From NCBI GenBank assembly GCA_012515925.1, contig JAAYXM010000033.1, positions 1 through 34,970 of the forward strand: a DNA stretch of 34,970 bases, in the 5' to 3' direction. The notes under the pieces were generated by a model. That model made no database searches. It saw nothing but the letters and a program-made list of their open reading frames with translations, and was not told the DNA's origin. Position numbers and translations under genes: made by a program. Within the stretch, counting starts at the first letter, position 1. Every line of letters begins with the position of its first letter. This document shows, in pieces, positions 25,815 to 34,970 of this stretch. Source of the stretch: Clostridiales bacterium. GTDB lineage: Bacteria > Bacillota > Clostridia > Oscillospirales > JAAYXM01.

Positions 25815-26717
25815 CTAAACTTTTAAGAATTTGCGGAGTGTAATCGCGCTGCCCAGACCGCCCACAAGTATGCCCGTGCCGAAGAATATCAGCGCAAGAC
25901 GGTGCAGTATGTCTGAGAAGCTTATAATGCTGAAAAACGGTATGCTTTTAGCCACAAGGCTCGCGATATACTCGTAAATGCCCCATTGCAGCAGCAATGA
26001 CAGCACCGCGCCGCCGATACCGAGGATTAAGCCCTCGATGATGAACGGAAAACGAACAAAACCGTCCGTCGCGCCCACCATTTTCATAATGGCGATTTCC
26101 TCCCGGCGGTTGAATATCGTGAGATTGACGGTGTTTGAAATTATGAATATCGAAACCAAAAACAGTATAGCGATAAGAACAACGCATATCGCGGTAACCA
26201 CGTCGCGCACCCTGATGATACGGTCGGTTATATCGCTGCGCGCGCCGACCTTATCGATGCCCTCTATCCGGCCAAGCTTCCGCGCGACGGTTTCGGTGTC
26301 TCTGATGTCATGTATTTTTAACCTGTATCTGTATCTTAAGGGATTATCCTCGTCTATATAGTCAAGCAGGTCCTTAAGCTCTTTTTTCTTTTCCTTAAAG
26401 TCCTGGAGCGCGCGTTCCTTGGTAATAAACTCAAGCTCCGAGATATCGTCGATTTCTCGTATTTTGCCTTCCAGCGCCGTCGCCTGGTCATATGTATAAT
26501 CCAGTTTTACATACGCGATTATTTCGTTTTTGTCCTCAATGTCCTTTAACATGTTTTCTATATTAACGACCACCAGCGTGAAGCTTCCCATTAGCAGAAG
26601 ACAGGCGGTAATGACACTTAACGCGGCAAAACTCATAAAACGGTGCTTAAATATGCTCTCAAAGCTTTCTCTTATAAAATACGATAAATTATATAATCTC
26701 ATTTTGGTAATAACCAC
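25815..26717 (-). CDS. ftsX: Cell-division ABC transporter permease-like protein FtsX
   Basis: 300 aa with one N-terminal TM, a large extracytoplasmic loop and three C-terminal TMs. It is directly coupled to ftsE. The start is ambiguous: GTG at 26717 or ATG at 26702. Confidence 0.88.
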   Translation of the reverse strand: MVITKMRLYNLSYFIRESFESIFKHRFMSFAALSVITACLLLMGSFTLVVVNIENMLKDIEDKNEIIAYVKLDYTYDQATALEGKIREIDDISELEFITKERALQDFKEKKKELKDLLDYIDEDNPLRYRYRLKIHDIRDTETVARKLGRIEGIDKVGARSDITDRIIRVRDVVTAICVVLIAILFLVSIFIISNTVNLTIFNRREEIAIMKMVGATDGFVRFPFIIEGLILGIGGAVLSLLLQWGIYEYIASLVAKSIPFFSIISFSDILHRLALIFFGTGILVGGLGSAITLRKFLKV

Positions 26718-27378
26718 CCGTCCTATCGCTTATTATCCTGCCGTTATCGATTGCGACCACACGCTTTGAGAAGGAATCGACCAGCTCCCGCTCATGTGTG
26801 ACGACAAGCACGGTGGTTCCGAGAGAATTAATCTTGTCAAGCAGTACCATAATGTCGAGCGACATTTTGGGGTCTAAATTTCCGGTAGGCTCGTCGGCTA
26901 TTATCATGCTCGGGTTGTTTACAATCGCGCGCGCAACCGCAACCCGCTGCTGCTCGCCGCCCGACAATTCGTACGGAAATGATTTTTGTTTGTTTTCAAG
27001 GCCTACAAGCTTCAACACATAGGGCACGCGTTTTTTTATAATCCGCGGCGCCGCGCCCACCGCGCGCATCGCGAACGCCACGTTTTCATAAACGGTTTTT
27101 TTCTCAATCAGCCTGAAGTCCTGAAACACGACCCCGAGTGTGCGTCTGAGCTTTGGAACTTCGGAGGGCTTGAGACGGTTCAGGTTGCGGCCGTTAACGA
27201 TAGCCCTGCCCGAGGTCATTTTTATTTCGCTGGTCAATATCTTTACGATAGTGGATTTGCCGGACGCGGACGAACCCACAAGAAAAACGAACTCCCCCTC
27301 GTCTATTCTTAAATTTATGCCCGCAAGAGCCGGCGTTCCGTTTTCATAGACCTTGCAGACATCAAGCATCCTGACCAT
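26689..27378 (-). CDS. ftsE: Cell-division ATP-binding protein FtsE
   Basis: Walker A GSSASGKST, signature LSGGEQQR and Walker B IIADEPT. I prefer the ATG at 27378 (MVRMLDV.., G-rich SD 8 nt upstream) over the longer ORF start at 27411. Confidence 0.9.
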   Translation of the reverse strand: MVRMLDVCKVYENGTPALAGINLRIDEGEFVFLVGSSASGKSTIVKILTSEIKMTSGRAIVNGRNLNRLKPSEVPKLRRTLGVVFQDFRLIEKKTVYENVAFAMRAVGAAPRIIKKRVPYVLKLVGLENKQKSFPYELSGGEQQRVAVARAIVNNPSMIIADEPTGNLDPKMSLDIMVLLDKINSLGTTVLVVTHERELVDSFSKRVVAIDNGRIISDRTGGYYQNEII

Positions 27379-27467
27379 CCAAAGAACCCCCAAAAAATCA
27401 TGTCTTTTCAAGCTTTATGGCGCGGCAAATAACCGCACCATACAGAAAAAAACGTATTCTTTCCGGA

Positions 27468-28559
27468 TTAAAACGCAGCTTCATGCGAGGATAAGTAGCG
27501 TTTTACCATGAGCGCGACCTTGAATATTATCGCGTGGTCGAACTCGCGCAGGTCAAGACCCGTAATTTTCTTGATTTTCTCGAGCCTGTAGACAAGCGTA
27601 TTCCTGTGAACAAACAGCTTCCTCGAGGTTTCCGAAACATTCAGGTTGTTCTCGAAAAACTTCTGGATGGTATGGAGCGTCTCCTGATCGAGCGCGTCAA
27701 TCGAGTTCTTTTTGAACACCTCGGACAGGAACATCTCGCAGAGCGTCGTCGGAAGCTGGTAGATAAGACGGCCGATACCGAGGTTTTCATAGCTTATAAT
27801 GTTTTTCTCCGTATCGAAAACCTTGCCGACCTCTATCGCCACCTGCGCCTCCTTGTACGAAACCGCAAGCTCCTTTAAATTGGGGGCTATCGTACCTATT
27901 CCGATGACACATCTCAAGTACAGCTCGCTGTTAAGCGTGTCCTCTATTGTTTTGGCAAGCTTTAAGAACTCCTTGGTGTCGACGTTTAAGCGAACCTCCT
28001 TGACCAGAACGATATCCTGTTCGCTTATGCTGATAACGAAGTCGCGCTGCTTGTCGGGAAACAGGCTTTGCAGCACATCCACCGCCGCGATGTCCGTCTT
28101 GTCGACAAGCCGGATTAAGAAGACGACATGCGGGATATCCATCGGGAAGCTGAGCTCGTTCGACTTGATATAAATATCCCCGGACAGAATATTGTCCAGT
28201 ATAATATTCTTGATAAACGTCGCCTTATCGTGCTTTTCATCGTAGAAGTTCTTGGCGTTGTTAAGAGCAACCGACGCCATCAGACAAAGGCTTCTGGCAA
28301 GCTCGTCCTCACCGGAAATGAAAACCGCGTAATCAAAACGAACGCTCCAGTTGGATAAAGGCTTGTACGTGTATCCGTCGGCAGTCGCGCAAACATCCGT
28401 AGAATCATACAAAGAAGCCAACGCGACATCGCGTTTGGCGCCGATTTCGGATAAATCGCTGCAGGCGACTACGGTACCCGTCGAATCTATAACGCCGATA
28501 ACGCGTTCCGAAACATCTTTCATTTGAAGTACCAAGCCCTGAAGCATTCTCCCTGACAT
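27468..28559 (-). CDS. PucR/CdaR-family transcriptional regulator
   Basis: About 363 aa with the C-terminal PucR-type HTH (NVSETSRKLFVHRNTLVYRLEKIKKITGLDL). ATG at 28559 with GGGTGA 7 nt upstream; the ORF track begins one codon earlier at a TTG. Confidence 0.85.
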   Translation of the reverse strand: MSGRMLQGLVLQMKDVSERVIGVIDSTGTVVACSDLSEIGAKRDVALASLYDSTDVCATADGYTYKPLSNWSVRFDYAVFISGEDELARSLCLMASVALNNAKNFYDEKHDKATFIKNIILDNILSGDIYIKSNELSFPMDIPHVVFLIRLVDKTDIAAVDVLQSLFPDKQRDFVISISEQDIVLVKEVRLNVDTKEFLKLAKTIEDTLNSELYLRCVIGIGTIAPNLKELAVSYKEAQVAIEVGKVFDTEKNIISYENLGIGRLIYQLPTTLCEMFLSEVFKKNSIDALDQETLHTIQKFFENNLNVSETSRKLFVHRNTLVYRLEKIKKITGLDLREFDHAIIFKVALMVKRYLSSHEAAF

Positions 28560-28814
28560 CAAATATCACCCTTTACTTGAATTAACACTTATATATCAAC
28601 ATATTTCATGCAATATAGTAATATAATAACAAAGATTAAGTAAAAAATCAATGAATATTCTGTGAAAATAATAAATCCGTTAAATGTTTCCATTATTCTT
28701 ATCCAAAGCATGGATAATATCCCCTTTTTTCGGGAAAACCGCCCCGGGGAGAGCGATAAATGCTGTATTTTCGTACCGCTTTCCCGAAGGGGAGAAAAAG
28801 CATCGCATTTCCGG

Positions 28815-28845
28815 CAAAAAAGAAGCCTTCGAAATGAAGGCTTCT
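28815..28845 (-). terminator. Rho-independent terminator of the MsmX-like ATPase gene
   Basis: AGAAGCCTTC-GAAAT-GAAGGCTTCT (28821-28845) is preceded on the plus strand by AAAAAA. On the minus strand this reads as a stem followed by a U-run. It lies about 20 nt after the stop at 28866. Confidence 0.85.
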
Positions 28846-28865
28846 CTTTGACGCTGTTTAAAAAA

Positions 28866-29978
28866 TCAGTTGGTAATGGTCTTTTCGGTGTCCTTGTCGA
28901 ACAGATGAATCTTATTCGTGTCAAGCACAATCTTGATAGTGTCGCTCACCTTTGCCTTCGAGCGCGGCGAAACACGCGCGGTCATGTTGATTCCCTCGCA
29001 AATCAGATACAGATACGTCTCCGCGCCCATCATTTCAACAACTTCGACCTTGGCGTCAACCGTGGCTTCGGGATACTGGTTTATATACACCTCTTCGTCG
29101 TGGATGCTTTCGGGGCGAATTCCCGCTATGACGTTCTTGCCGATATACGCTAAAACCTCGGGCTTGCGTCCCTTGGAATCCGGCAGGGCAATCCGCGAGT
29201 TTCCGAAGCTTAAGTACGTAACGTTGTTTTCCTCGATAAGCTTTGCCTCAAACGTGTTCATCTGCGGCGAACCCATAAACGTTGCCACGAAAAGATTCGC
29301 GGGTGTTTCATACAGAACGTGGGGAGGCGCGTTTTGCTGGATAAACCCGTCCTTCATAACGACAATCTGGGTACCCATTGTCATAGCCTCGACCTGGTCG
29401 TGGGTAACATAAATAAATGTGGTTTTAAGACGCTCATGGAGCTTTGAGAGCTCGGCCCTCATCTGCGCGCGGAGCTTCGCGTCAAGGTTGGAAAGGGGCT
29501 CGTCAAGCAGAAAGACCTTCGGGCTTCTGACAATCGCGCGGCCAAGCGCGACACGCTGTCTCTGACCGCCGGAAAGCGCCTTGGGCTTTCTGTCCAGAAG
29601 ATGGTCAATCTCCAGAATCTTTGCGGCCTCGTCGACACGGCGGCGGATTTCATCGCGCGGCACCTTGCGGAGCTTAAGCCCGAACGCCATGTTTTCAAAC
29701 ACCGTCATATGCGGGTACAAGGCGTAGTTCTGAAAAACCATCGCGATATCGCGGTCCTTCGGCGCGACATCGTTCACCAGTATATCGTCGATATACAGCT
29801 CGCCGTCGGTTATCTGCTCAAGTCCCGCTATCATGCGCAGTGTTGTGGACTTTCCGCAGCCGGACGGCCCGACCAGAATAACAAATTCCTTGTCCTCAAC
29901 CTCAAGATTGAAGTCGGACACGGCGGTAACCCCGCCGGGGAATTTCTTTGAAATGTTAACCAATTTTACGCTCGACAT
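28866..29978 (-). CDS. Sugar ABC-transporter ATP-binding protein, MsmX/MalK/UgpC type (orphan, no adjacent permease)
   Basis: 370 aa with Walker A GPSGCGKST, signature LSGGQRQR, Walker B FLLDEPLS, and a C-terminal MalK-like regulatory/TOBE domain. Confidence 0.9.
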   Translation of the reverse strand: MSSVKLVNISKKFPGGVTAVSDFNLEVEDKEFVILVGPSGCGKSTTLRMIAGLEQITDGELYIDDILVNDVAPKDRDIAMVFQNYALYPHMTVFENMAFGLKLRKVPRDEIRRRVDEAAKILEIDHLLDRKPKALSGGQRQRVALGRAIVRSPKVFLLDEPLSNLDAKLRAQMRAELSKLHERLKTTFIYVTHDQVEAMTMGTQIVVMKDGFIQQNAPPHVLYETPANLFVATFMGSPQMNTFEAKLIEENNVTYLSFGNSRIALPDSKGRKPEVLAYIGKNVIAGIRPESIHDEEVYINQYPEATVDAKVEVVEMMGAETYLYLICEGINMTARVSPRSKAKVSDTIKIVLDTNKIHLFDKDTEKTITN

Positions 29979-30024
29979 TCAATAACCTCCAATAAATAAT
30001 CGCAGTATGGCATATTGTAAAATA

Positions 30025-30053
30025 ATGATAACACTTTTGACCTGCCGCGTAAA
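30025..30053 (-). promoter_or_regulatory. Candidate promoter of the MsmX-like gene
   Basis: On the minus strand: TTTACG (30053-30048), a 17-nt spacer, then TGtTATCAT with -10 at 30030-25. Other AT-rich alternatives exist nearby. Confidence 0.4.
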
Positions 30054-30346
30054 TTATCTTATTAAACAAAGCTTATGTTAACTATTTGTACAACCTGACT
30101 TGTTATTAATACCCGAAATAATTTCAAAAACCCGTAAAACCGCGATGTTTTATTATATTTATCGCTTTATTTATAATATAATCCGGAACTGATCAGCTGT
30201 GTAAACAGCCAATATTCGCAGGTTTTCGCGGCGTTTTCAAACATTTTATATAGTTTTCCTATCTTTTGCATGTTTTCCTTCATATCGGCCGATTCTTTTT
30301 TCGTAGTCCGCCGAACTTCCGCTCGCCGAAAATATGTAAATGGTTA

Positions 30347-30374
30347 TTGACAAATCAGAAATAACAGGTATATT
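30347..30374 (+). promoter_or_regulatory. Candidate sigma-A promoter of clpB
   Basis: TTGACA (30347-52), a 16-nt spacer, then TATATT (30369-74), about 40 nt upstream of the start codon. I found no full CIRCE or CtsR operator. Confidence 0.6.
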
Positions 30375-30415
30375 TAAACTACGGAAACACTGTTTTTATA
30401 GAGGAGGAGTCCTTG

Positions 30416-33010
30416 GTGAATACACAGAAACTGACTCAAAAATCAATAGAGGTTCTGCAGAGCGCGCAAAGCCTCGCGTCCGAATACGGAAATCCGCAGA
30501 TTGAGCAGGAGCATGTGCTGTACTCGCTGCTGACGCAGCAAAACGGGCTGATACCTCAGCTTTTCGAAAGGCTCGCGGTTAACCGCGCGGCCTTTGAGTC
30601 CGAGCTTTTGCGCCTGATAGAAAACCTGCCGAAGCTTTCCGGCGGCCAGAGCGGCGCGTATATATCCCGCGAGCTTGATATGGCGTTAAACCGGGCGGAA
30701 AAGCAGGCGGACGGCATGAAGGACGAATACATCTCGGTTGAGCATATCATGCTCGGGATTATTGAGCGCGCGTCCGGCGGTATCAGGCAGCTTCTGAAGC
30801 GTCACGGTATTGACACGGATTCGTTTCTTAAGGCGCTTTCCTCCGTCCGCGGAAGCGCGCGGGTTACGAGCGACGTGCCCGAGGACACGTATGACGCGCT
30901 CAACAAATACGGCTCCGACCTTGTGGAGCTTGCGAGAAACAAGAAATTAGACCCGGTGATAGGCCGGGACGGTGAAATCAGAAACGTAGTTCGCATATTG
31001 TCACGCAAGACGAAAAACAATCCGGTGTTAATCGGCGAGCCCGGCGTGGGCAAAACCGCGATAGCCGAAGGGCTCGCAATCAGGATTGTGCGCGGTGACG
31101 TGCCCGACTCGTTAAAGGACAGGAGCATTTTTTCGCTCGACATGGGCGCTCTGATTGCGGGCGCGAAATTCCGCGGCGAATTTGAGGAGCGCCTTAAGGC
31201 CGTGCTCAACGAGATAAAAAAGAGCGAGGGCAAGATAATCCTGTTTATCGACGAACTGCATACAATAGTCGGCGCGGGCAAAACAGAGGGTTCGATGGAC
31301 GCGGGAAACCTTCTAAAGCCGATGCTCGCGCGCGGCGAGCTGCACTGCATCGGCGCCACCACGATAAACGAGTACCGGAAATACATCGAAAAGGACGCGG
31401 CACTCGAGCGCAGGTTCCAGCCCGTGCTTGTTGAGGAGCCTTCGGTCGAGGACACGATATCGATACTCCGCGGCCTTAAGGAGCGTTACGAGGTGTTCCA
31501 CGGCGTAAAAATCCACGACCAGGCGCTTATCGCCGCGGCGGTGATGTCAGCGAGGTATATTTCGGACAGGTTCCTGCCCGACAAGGCCATTGACCTGGTT
31601 GACGAGGCGTGCGCGATGATACGCACGGAGATGGATTCGATGCCCACCGAGCTTGACGACGTGTCGCGCAGTATAATGCAGCACGAAATCGAAGAGGCCG
31701 CGCTTTTAAAGGAAGACGATGAGCTCTCAAAGCAGCACCTCGCGGAAATCCGTCGCGAGCTTGCCGAAATGCGAAGCAAATTCAACGAGATGAAAGCGCG
31801 CTGGGAAAATGAGAAGCTTGCGATAGGCAAGGTGCAGAAGCTGCGTGAGGAGATAGAGAAGATTAATTCCGAGATTGAGCAGGCCGAACTTAAATATGAT
31901 TTAAACCGAGCGGCGGAGCTTAAATACGGCAGGCTGCCCGAGCTGCAGAAGCAGCTTGAGCTGGAGGAGAAAAACGCCGAAATAAAAAGCGAAAACACGC
32001 TGCTTCGCGACAAGGTGACCGACGAGGAAATCGCGAAAATCATCTGCCGCTGGACGGGGATACCCGTATCGAAGCTGCTTGAGGGCGAACGCGAAAAGCT
32101 CCTGCACCTCGGCGATATCCTGCATAAGCGCGTTATAGGCCAGGACGAGGCGGTTAAAAAAGTCAGCGAGGCGATAATCCGCTCACGCGCGGGGATAAGC
32201 AATCCGAACCGCCCGATAGGCTCGTTTTTGTTTTTGGGTCCTACCGGCGTAGGTAAAACCGAGCTTGCGAAAACGCTCGCCGAGGCGCTGTTTGACGACG
32301 AGCGCAATCTAATCAGGATAGATATGAGCGAATACATGGAAAAGCACTCGGTCAGCCGAATGGTTGGCGCGCCTCCGGGTTATGTCGGATACGAGGAGGG
32401 CGGACAGCTCACCGAGGCGGTGCGCAAGAAGCCGTATTCGGTAATACTGTTTGACGAGGTGGAAAAAGCGCACTCTGACGTATTCAATATCCTGCTCCAG
32501 GTGCTTGACGACGGACGCATAACCGACTCGCAGGGCAGGACGGTTGATTTCAAGAACACCATCCTGATACTCACCTCGAATTTAGGCTCAAATTACATTC
32601 TTGACGGAATTGACGAAAACGGGGAAATATCCGCCGAGACGGAAAAGCGCGTAACGCAAATGCTTCGCGAGTATTTTAAGCCCGAGTTTCTAAACAGGCT
32701 TGACGAGATAGTGTTCTACAAGCCGCTGACGCGCGCCGAAATTGACAGGATACTCGACCTGATGCTTACGGATTTACAGAAACGTCTTGATGACAGGCAG
32801 ATTAAAATAAAGCTTACCGGCGCCGCGCGCGAATACGTTATTAATTCCGGTTATGACCCGGTATACGGCGCGCGCCCCTTAAGGCGGTTTATCCAAAGCA
32901 ATATAGAAACGCTTGTCGGAAAGCGCATAATCTCGGGCGATATCCCGCCCGGCTCAAATCTTGCAATCGACTACGACGGCCGCGCACTCACCGCCAAAAC
33001 GGAAAAGTAA
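30416..33010 (+). CDS. clpB: ATP-dependent chaperone (disaggregase) ClpB
   Basis: About 864 aa with a Clp N-domain, two AAA+ modules (GEPGVGKTA and GPTGVGKTE) and a long coiled-coil M-domain between them. I prefer the GTG at 30416 (GAGGAGGAG ends 6 nt upstream) over the TTG at 30413. Confidence 0.96.
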   Translation: MNTQKLTQKSIEVLQSAQSLASEYGNPQIEQEHVLYSLLTQQNGLIPQLFERLAVNRAAFESELLRLIENLPKLSGGQSGAYISRELDMALNRAEKQADGMKDEYISVEHIMLGIIERASGGIRQLLKRHGIDTDSFLKALSSVRGSARVTSDVPEDTYDALNKYGSDLVELARNKKLDPVIGRDGEIRNVVRILSRKTKNNPVLIGEPGVGKTAIAEGLAIRIVRGDVPDSLKDRSIFSLDMGALIAGAKFRGEFEERLKAVLNEIKKSEGKIILFIDELHTIVGAGKTEGSMDAGNLLKPMLARGELHCIGATTINEYRKYIEKDAALERRFQPVLVEEPSVEDTISILRGLKERYEVFHGVKIHDQALIAAAVMSARYISDRFLPDKAIDLVDEACAMIRTEMDSMPTELDDVSRSIMQHEIEEAALLKEDDELSKQHLAEIRRELAEMRSKFNEMKARWENEKLAIGKVQKLREEIEKINSEIEQAELKYDLNRAAELKYGRLPELQKQLELEEKNAEIKSENTLLRDKVTDEEIAKIICRWTGIPVSKLLEGEREKLLHLGDILHKRVIGQDEAVKKVSEAIIRSRAGISNPNRPIGSFLFLGPTGVGKTELAKTLAEALFDDERNLIRIDMSEYMEKHSVSRMVGAPPGYVGYEEGGQLTEAVRKKPYSVILFDEVEKAHSDVFNILLQVLDDGRITDSQGRTVDFKNTILILTSNLGSNYILDGIDENGEISAETEKRVTQMLREYFKPEFLNRLDEIVFYKPLTRAEIDRILDLMLTDLQKRLDDRQIKIKLTGAAREYVINSGYDPVYGARPLRRFIQSNIETLVGKRIISGDIPPGSNLAIDYDGRALTAKTEK

Positions 33011-33145
33011 AAAACGCAATCGAGTAGGAGGCTACCCATTAATTGAATAGCCATCCTCTCACACCACCGTGCGTACCGTTCGGTACACGGCGGTTCAATC
33101 GCATGAATGCAGAGGCCAAATTGTCGCTCATGCCGAGCGCACGAC

Positions 33146-33190
33146 AAAACGGGGCTCCGTACATGATTTATACGGAGCCCCGTTTTATTT
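33146..33190. terminator. Bidirectional rho-independent terminator between convergent clpB and dctM
   Basis: Perfect 16-bp inverted repeat AAAACGGGGCTCCGTA (33146-61) / TACGGAGCCCCGTTTT (33171-86). It has T-runs on both strands: TTTTATTTCTT on plus and TTTTGTCGT on minus. Confidence 0.85.
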
Positions 33191-33195
33191 CTTAA

Positions 33196-34506
33196 CTACT
33201 TCGTCAATAATCCGGGCAGGAAGGTGGAAAGCTGAGGGAATATTACGAGAACTGTAATACACGCGATAAGCGCCGTAAAAAACGGCCAGATTCCCTTGAA
33301 TATCCGTTCAAGCGGAACATCCTTCGCAACACCCTTGACGATAAACACGTTCATGCCGACGGGCGGCGTAATGACGCCCATAGCCACGACCATGACGATT
33401 ATTACGCCGAACCAGATCGGGTCGTACCCGAGTACTTCGACAATGACCGGATAAAAAATCGGGACGGTCAGCAGCACGAGCGCAAGCGCGTCGATAAAGC
33501 AGCCCAAAATCATATAGATTGCAAGCACTATCGCCAGAATTACGGGCGGCGGAAGCGCGAGCCCCGCGGCCCAGCTTGCCATTTCAAACGGCAGTCTGCT
33601 TATCGAGATAAACCGCCCGAACACCGTCGCGCCCGCGACCAGAAACATTATCATCGCGGTTGTGCGCGTCGTATCGGAAAGAGAGCTGAAAAAGCCCTTA
33701 AGGGTAAGCTTTTTCCGGAGCACCGCGATAACAAGCAGGCTCGCCGCGCCGACGGCGCCGGATTCGGTCGGCGTAAACCAGCCCGCGAACAGGCCGCCGA
33801 GCGATATGCAAAACACTATAAGCACCTCAAGCAGCCCGCCCCGAAGAGACGAAATACGCTGACGCCATGTTGACTTCTCGCCCGCGGGCCCCAGACGCGG
33901 ATTTTTCCGAACCACAAGGTAAATGGCAAGCATGTAAAACAGCATCAGCAGTATCCCGGGTATAATGCCCGCGATGAAAAGCTTGCCTATCGACTGCTGT
34001 GTAGACATGCCGTATACGATAAAGATTACGCTTGGCGGTATAAGCACGCCGAGCGCTCCCGCCGCGGCCACGCTCGCGGTTGAAAGCGAATCGTCGTAAT
34101 TATACTTTCTCATCTCGGGAAGCGCGATAGCGCCCATTGTCGCGGCCGTCGCGGTATTCGAGCCGCAGATCGCGCCGAATATAGCGCAGGCCGCCTGTGT
34201 GGCTATAGCGAGCCCGCCCGGCCTGTGCCCTATCATGCGGTACGCGAAGTTATACAGGCTTCCGCCTATACCCGAATAATACGCCAGAAAGCCCATCCAT
34301 ACAAACATGGGTATAACGCTTAACGAATACGACGACAGCGACGAGAAAAGCTCCGTCGAAAGCATGTGGTTTGCCGCGTTGAACGATTCGAGATACGCGT
34401 AACCGCCATACCCGACCATGAACATCGCGAGCGCGATGGGTACCCTGAGCGCGATTAACGCTAAAAATATCAGAATCCCGATAATGCCGATATCCACAGG
34501 GCTCAT
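33196..34506 (-). CDS. TRAP transporter large permease subunit (DctM family)
   Basis: 436-aa polytopic membrane protein with DctM-like length and composition. A 4-nt overlap joins it to the upstream small-permease gene. Confidence 0.88.
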   Translation of the reverse strand: MSPVDIGIIGILIFLALIALRVPIALAMFMVGYGGYAYLESFNAANHMLSTELFSSLSSYSLSVIPMFVWMGFLAYYSGIGGSLYNFAYRMIGHRPGGLAIATQAACAIFGAICGSNTATAATMGAIALPEMRKYNYDDSLSTASVAAAGALGVLIPPSVIFIVYGMSTQQSIGKLFIAGIIPGILLMLFYMLAIYLVVRKNPRLGPAGEKSTWRQRISSLRGGLLEVLIVFCISLGGLFAGWFTPTESGAVGAASLLVIAVLRKKLTLKGFFSSLSDTTRTTAMIMFLVAGATVFGRFISISRLPFEMASWAAGLALPPPVILAIVLAIYMILGCFIDALALVLLTVPIFYPVIVEVLGYDPIWFGVIIVMVVAMGVITPPVGMNVFIVKGVAKDVPLERIFKGIWPFFTALIACITVLVIFPQLSTFLPGLLTK

Positions 34507-34970
34507 TTTTTTATCACCCCTTTAATCTCGGCCGCGAGATGAAACAGAACGACAACACCAAGCATGAATACCCCTGCCGCGACAAGGAATATAAACGGAT
34601 AAAAAGGGATTCTGACCGTCGGCGACACCTCGCCGCTTAACGCCGTATTGTGTCCTAAGAGCATTGTCTGATAGCTTAACACGCCCAAAAACGCCAGCAC
34701 CGCCGCCTTAGTGACAATATCGATTACGGCGCGAAGCTTAAGCGGCAGCTTCTCCATAATAAGCCCGATTGAAATATGCGCGTTATTTACCGCGCAGTAC
34801 GCGAGCGCGAGACCGATAACCGCGGCAGTCAGATAACTGACGTATTCGTATATGCCGCGAAACGGCACGTTGAACACTGTTCTAAGCAGTACATTCAGAA
34901 CAACCATCACGGTTATAACAACAATACCCGCTCCGGCTATTATATCAAGCGCCCGGCTTATCCCCTTAAT
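34503..34970 (-). CDS. TRAP transporter small permease subunit (DctQ family); the 5' end runs off the right edge
   Basis: The ORF-track ORF starts at the Met at 34910, but the frame stays open to the window end. My translation upstream reads IKGISRALDIIAGAGIVVITVMMVVLNVLLRTVF, the typical DctQ N-terminal TM. It has four TM helices. Confidence 0.8.
   Translation of the reverse strand: MKGISRALDIIAGAGIVVITVMVVLNVLLRTVFNVPFRGIYEYVSYLTAAVIGLALAYCAVNNAHISIGLIMEKLPLKLRAVIDIVTKAAVLAFLGVLSYQTMLLGHNTALSGEVSPTVRIPFYPFIFLVAAGVFMLGVVVLFHLAAEIKGVIKK

Noticed and set aside
28589-29153. ORFs 28589..28930 (-) and 28662..29153 (+) spanning the PucR/msmX intergenic region
   Set aside because: They cross a rho-independent terminator and AT-rich promoter DNA, overlap the genuine MsmX-like gene out of frame, and lack an SD.
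30036-30044. TTTGACC half-site resembling a CtsR operator upstream of clpB
   Set aside because: Only one heptad is present and it has no direct-repeat partner. It lies about 300 bp from the clpB promoter, inside the msmX promoter region.
30167-30283. 38-aa minus-strand ORF (MKENMQKIGKLYKMFENAAKTCEYWLFTQLISSGLYYK) in the 434-bp msmX-clpB intergenic region
   Set aside because: There is no Shine-Dalgarno upstream, its composition is that of AT-rich promoter DNA, and I recognise nothing in it. It is kept only as a remote small-protein candidate.
30802-32337. Long minus-strand ORFs (217 aa and 283 aa) antisense to clpB
   Set aside because: They are Ser/Ala/Arg-rich, low-complexity translations typical of the antisense frame of a GC-rich gene, and they lie entirely inside the clearly genuine clpB.
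33061-33110. tRNA-like fragment: GGTTCAATC resembles a T-loop and is preceded by a GTACC-GTTC-GGTAC stem
   Set aside because: The would-be anticodon loop has only 4 nt, G53 would face G61, and neither an acceptor stem nor a D-arm can be drawn. It is not a tRNA or a credible tRNA relic.

Overview
This is a housekeeping chromosomal segment from a moderately GC-rich Firmicute. The synteny looks Clostridia-like: dprA-topA-trmFO, plsX-rnc, ftsE-ftsX-M23 peptidase-S41 protease, lysS-greA. I call 33 CDS. Thirty are on the minus strand; only dusB, crcB and clpB are on plus. Both window edges cut genes: a class I fumarate hydratase alpha subunit on the left and a TRAP DctQ-type permease on the right. 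I see no rRNA or tRNA genes, no CRISPR array, no transposase or integrase, and no recognisable defence, toxin-antitoxin or secondary-metabolite locus. I also see no convincing novel multi-gene system, and most of the window is ordinary. Three things are not explained by routine annotation. (1) A dispersed family of GC-rich hairpin repeats with core C5-GAG-G5. The stems vary but stay complementary, and a conserved AGCGG-type tail follows the stem. All clear copies are intergenic and in the same orientation, and three of the four loci hold pairs 72-79 bp apart (9018-9167, 22236-22368, 25680-25805; solitary copy at 7663-7706). This is my best candidate for something undescribed. (2) An islet of about 750 bp (about 11170-11905) that looks markedly AT-rich by eye, wedged between rpmE and rnc. 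It holds only iteron-like direct repeats, a promoter, a fluoride riboswitch with terminator, and a single crcB. It looks like a horizontally acquired minimal fluoride-resistance cassette with no mobility gene. (3) A multi-hairpin region of about 180 bp between convergent clpB and dctM. All coordinates, motifs and hairpins were read by eye. No GC statistics, folding energies or database searches were run.
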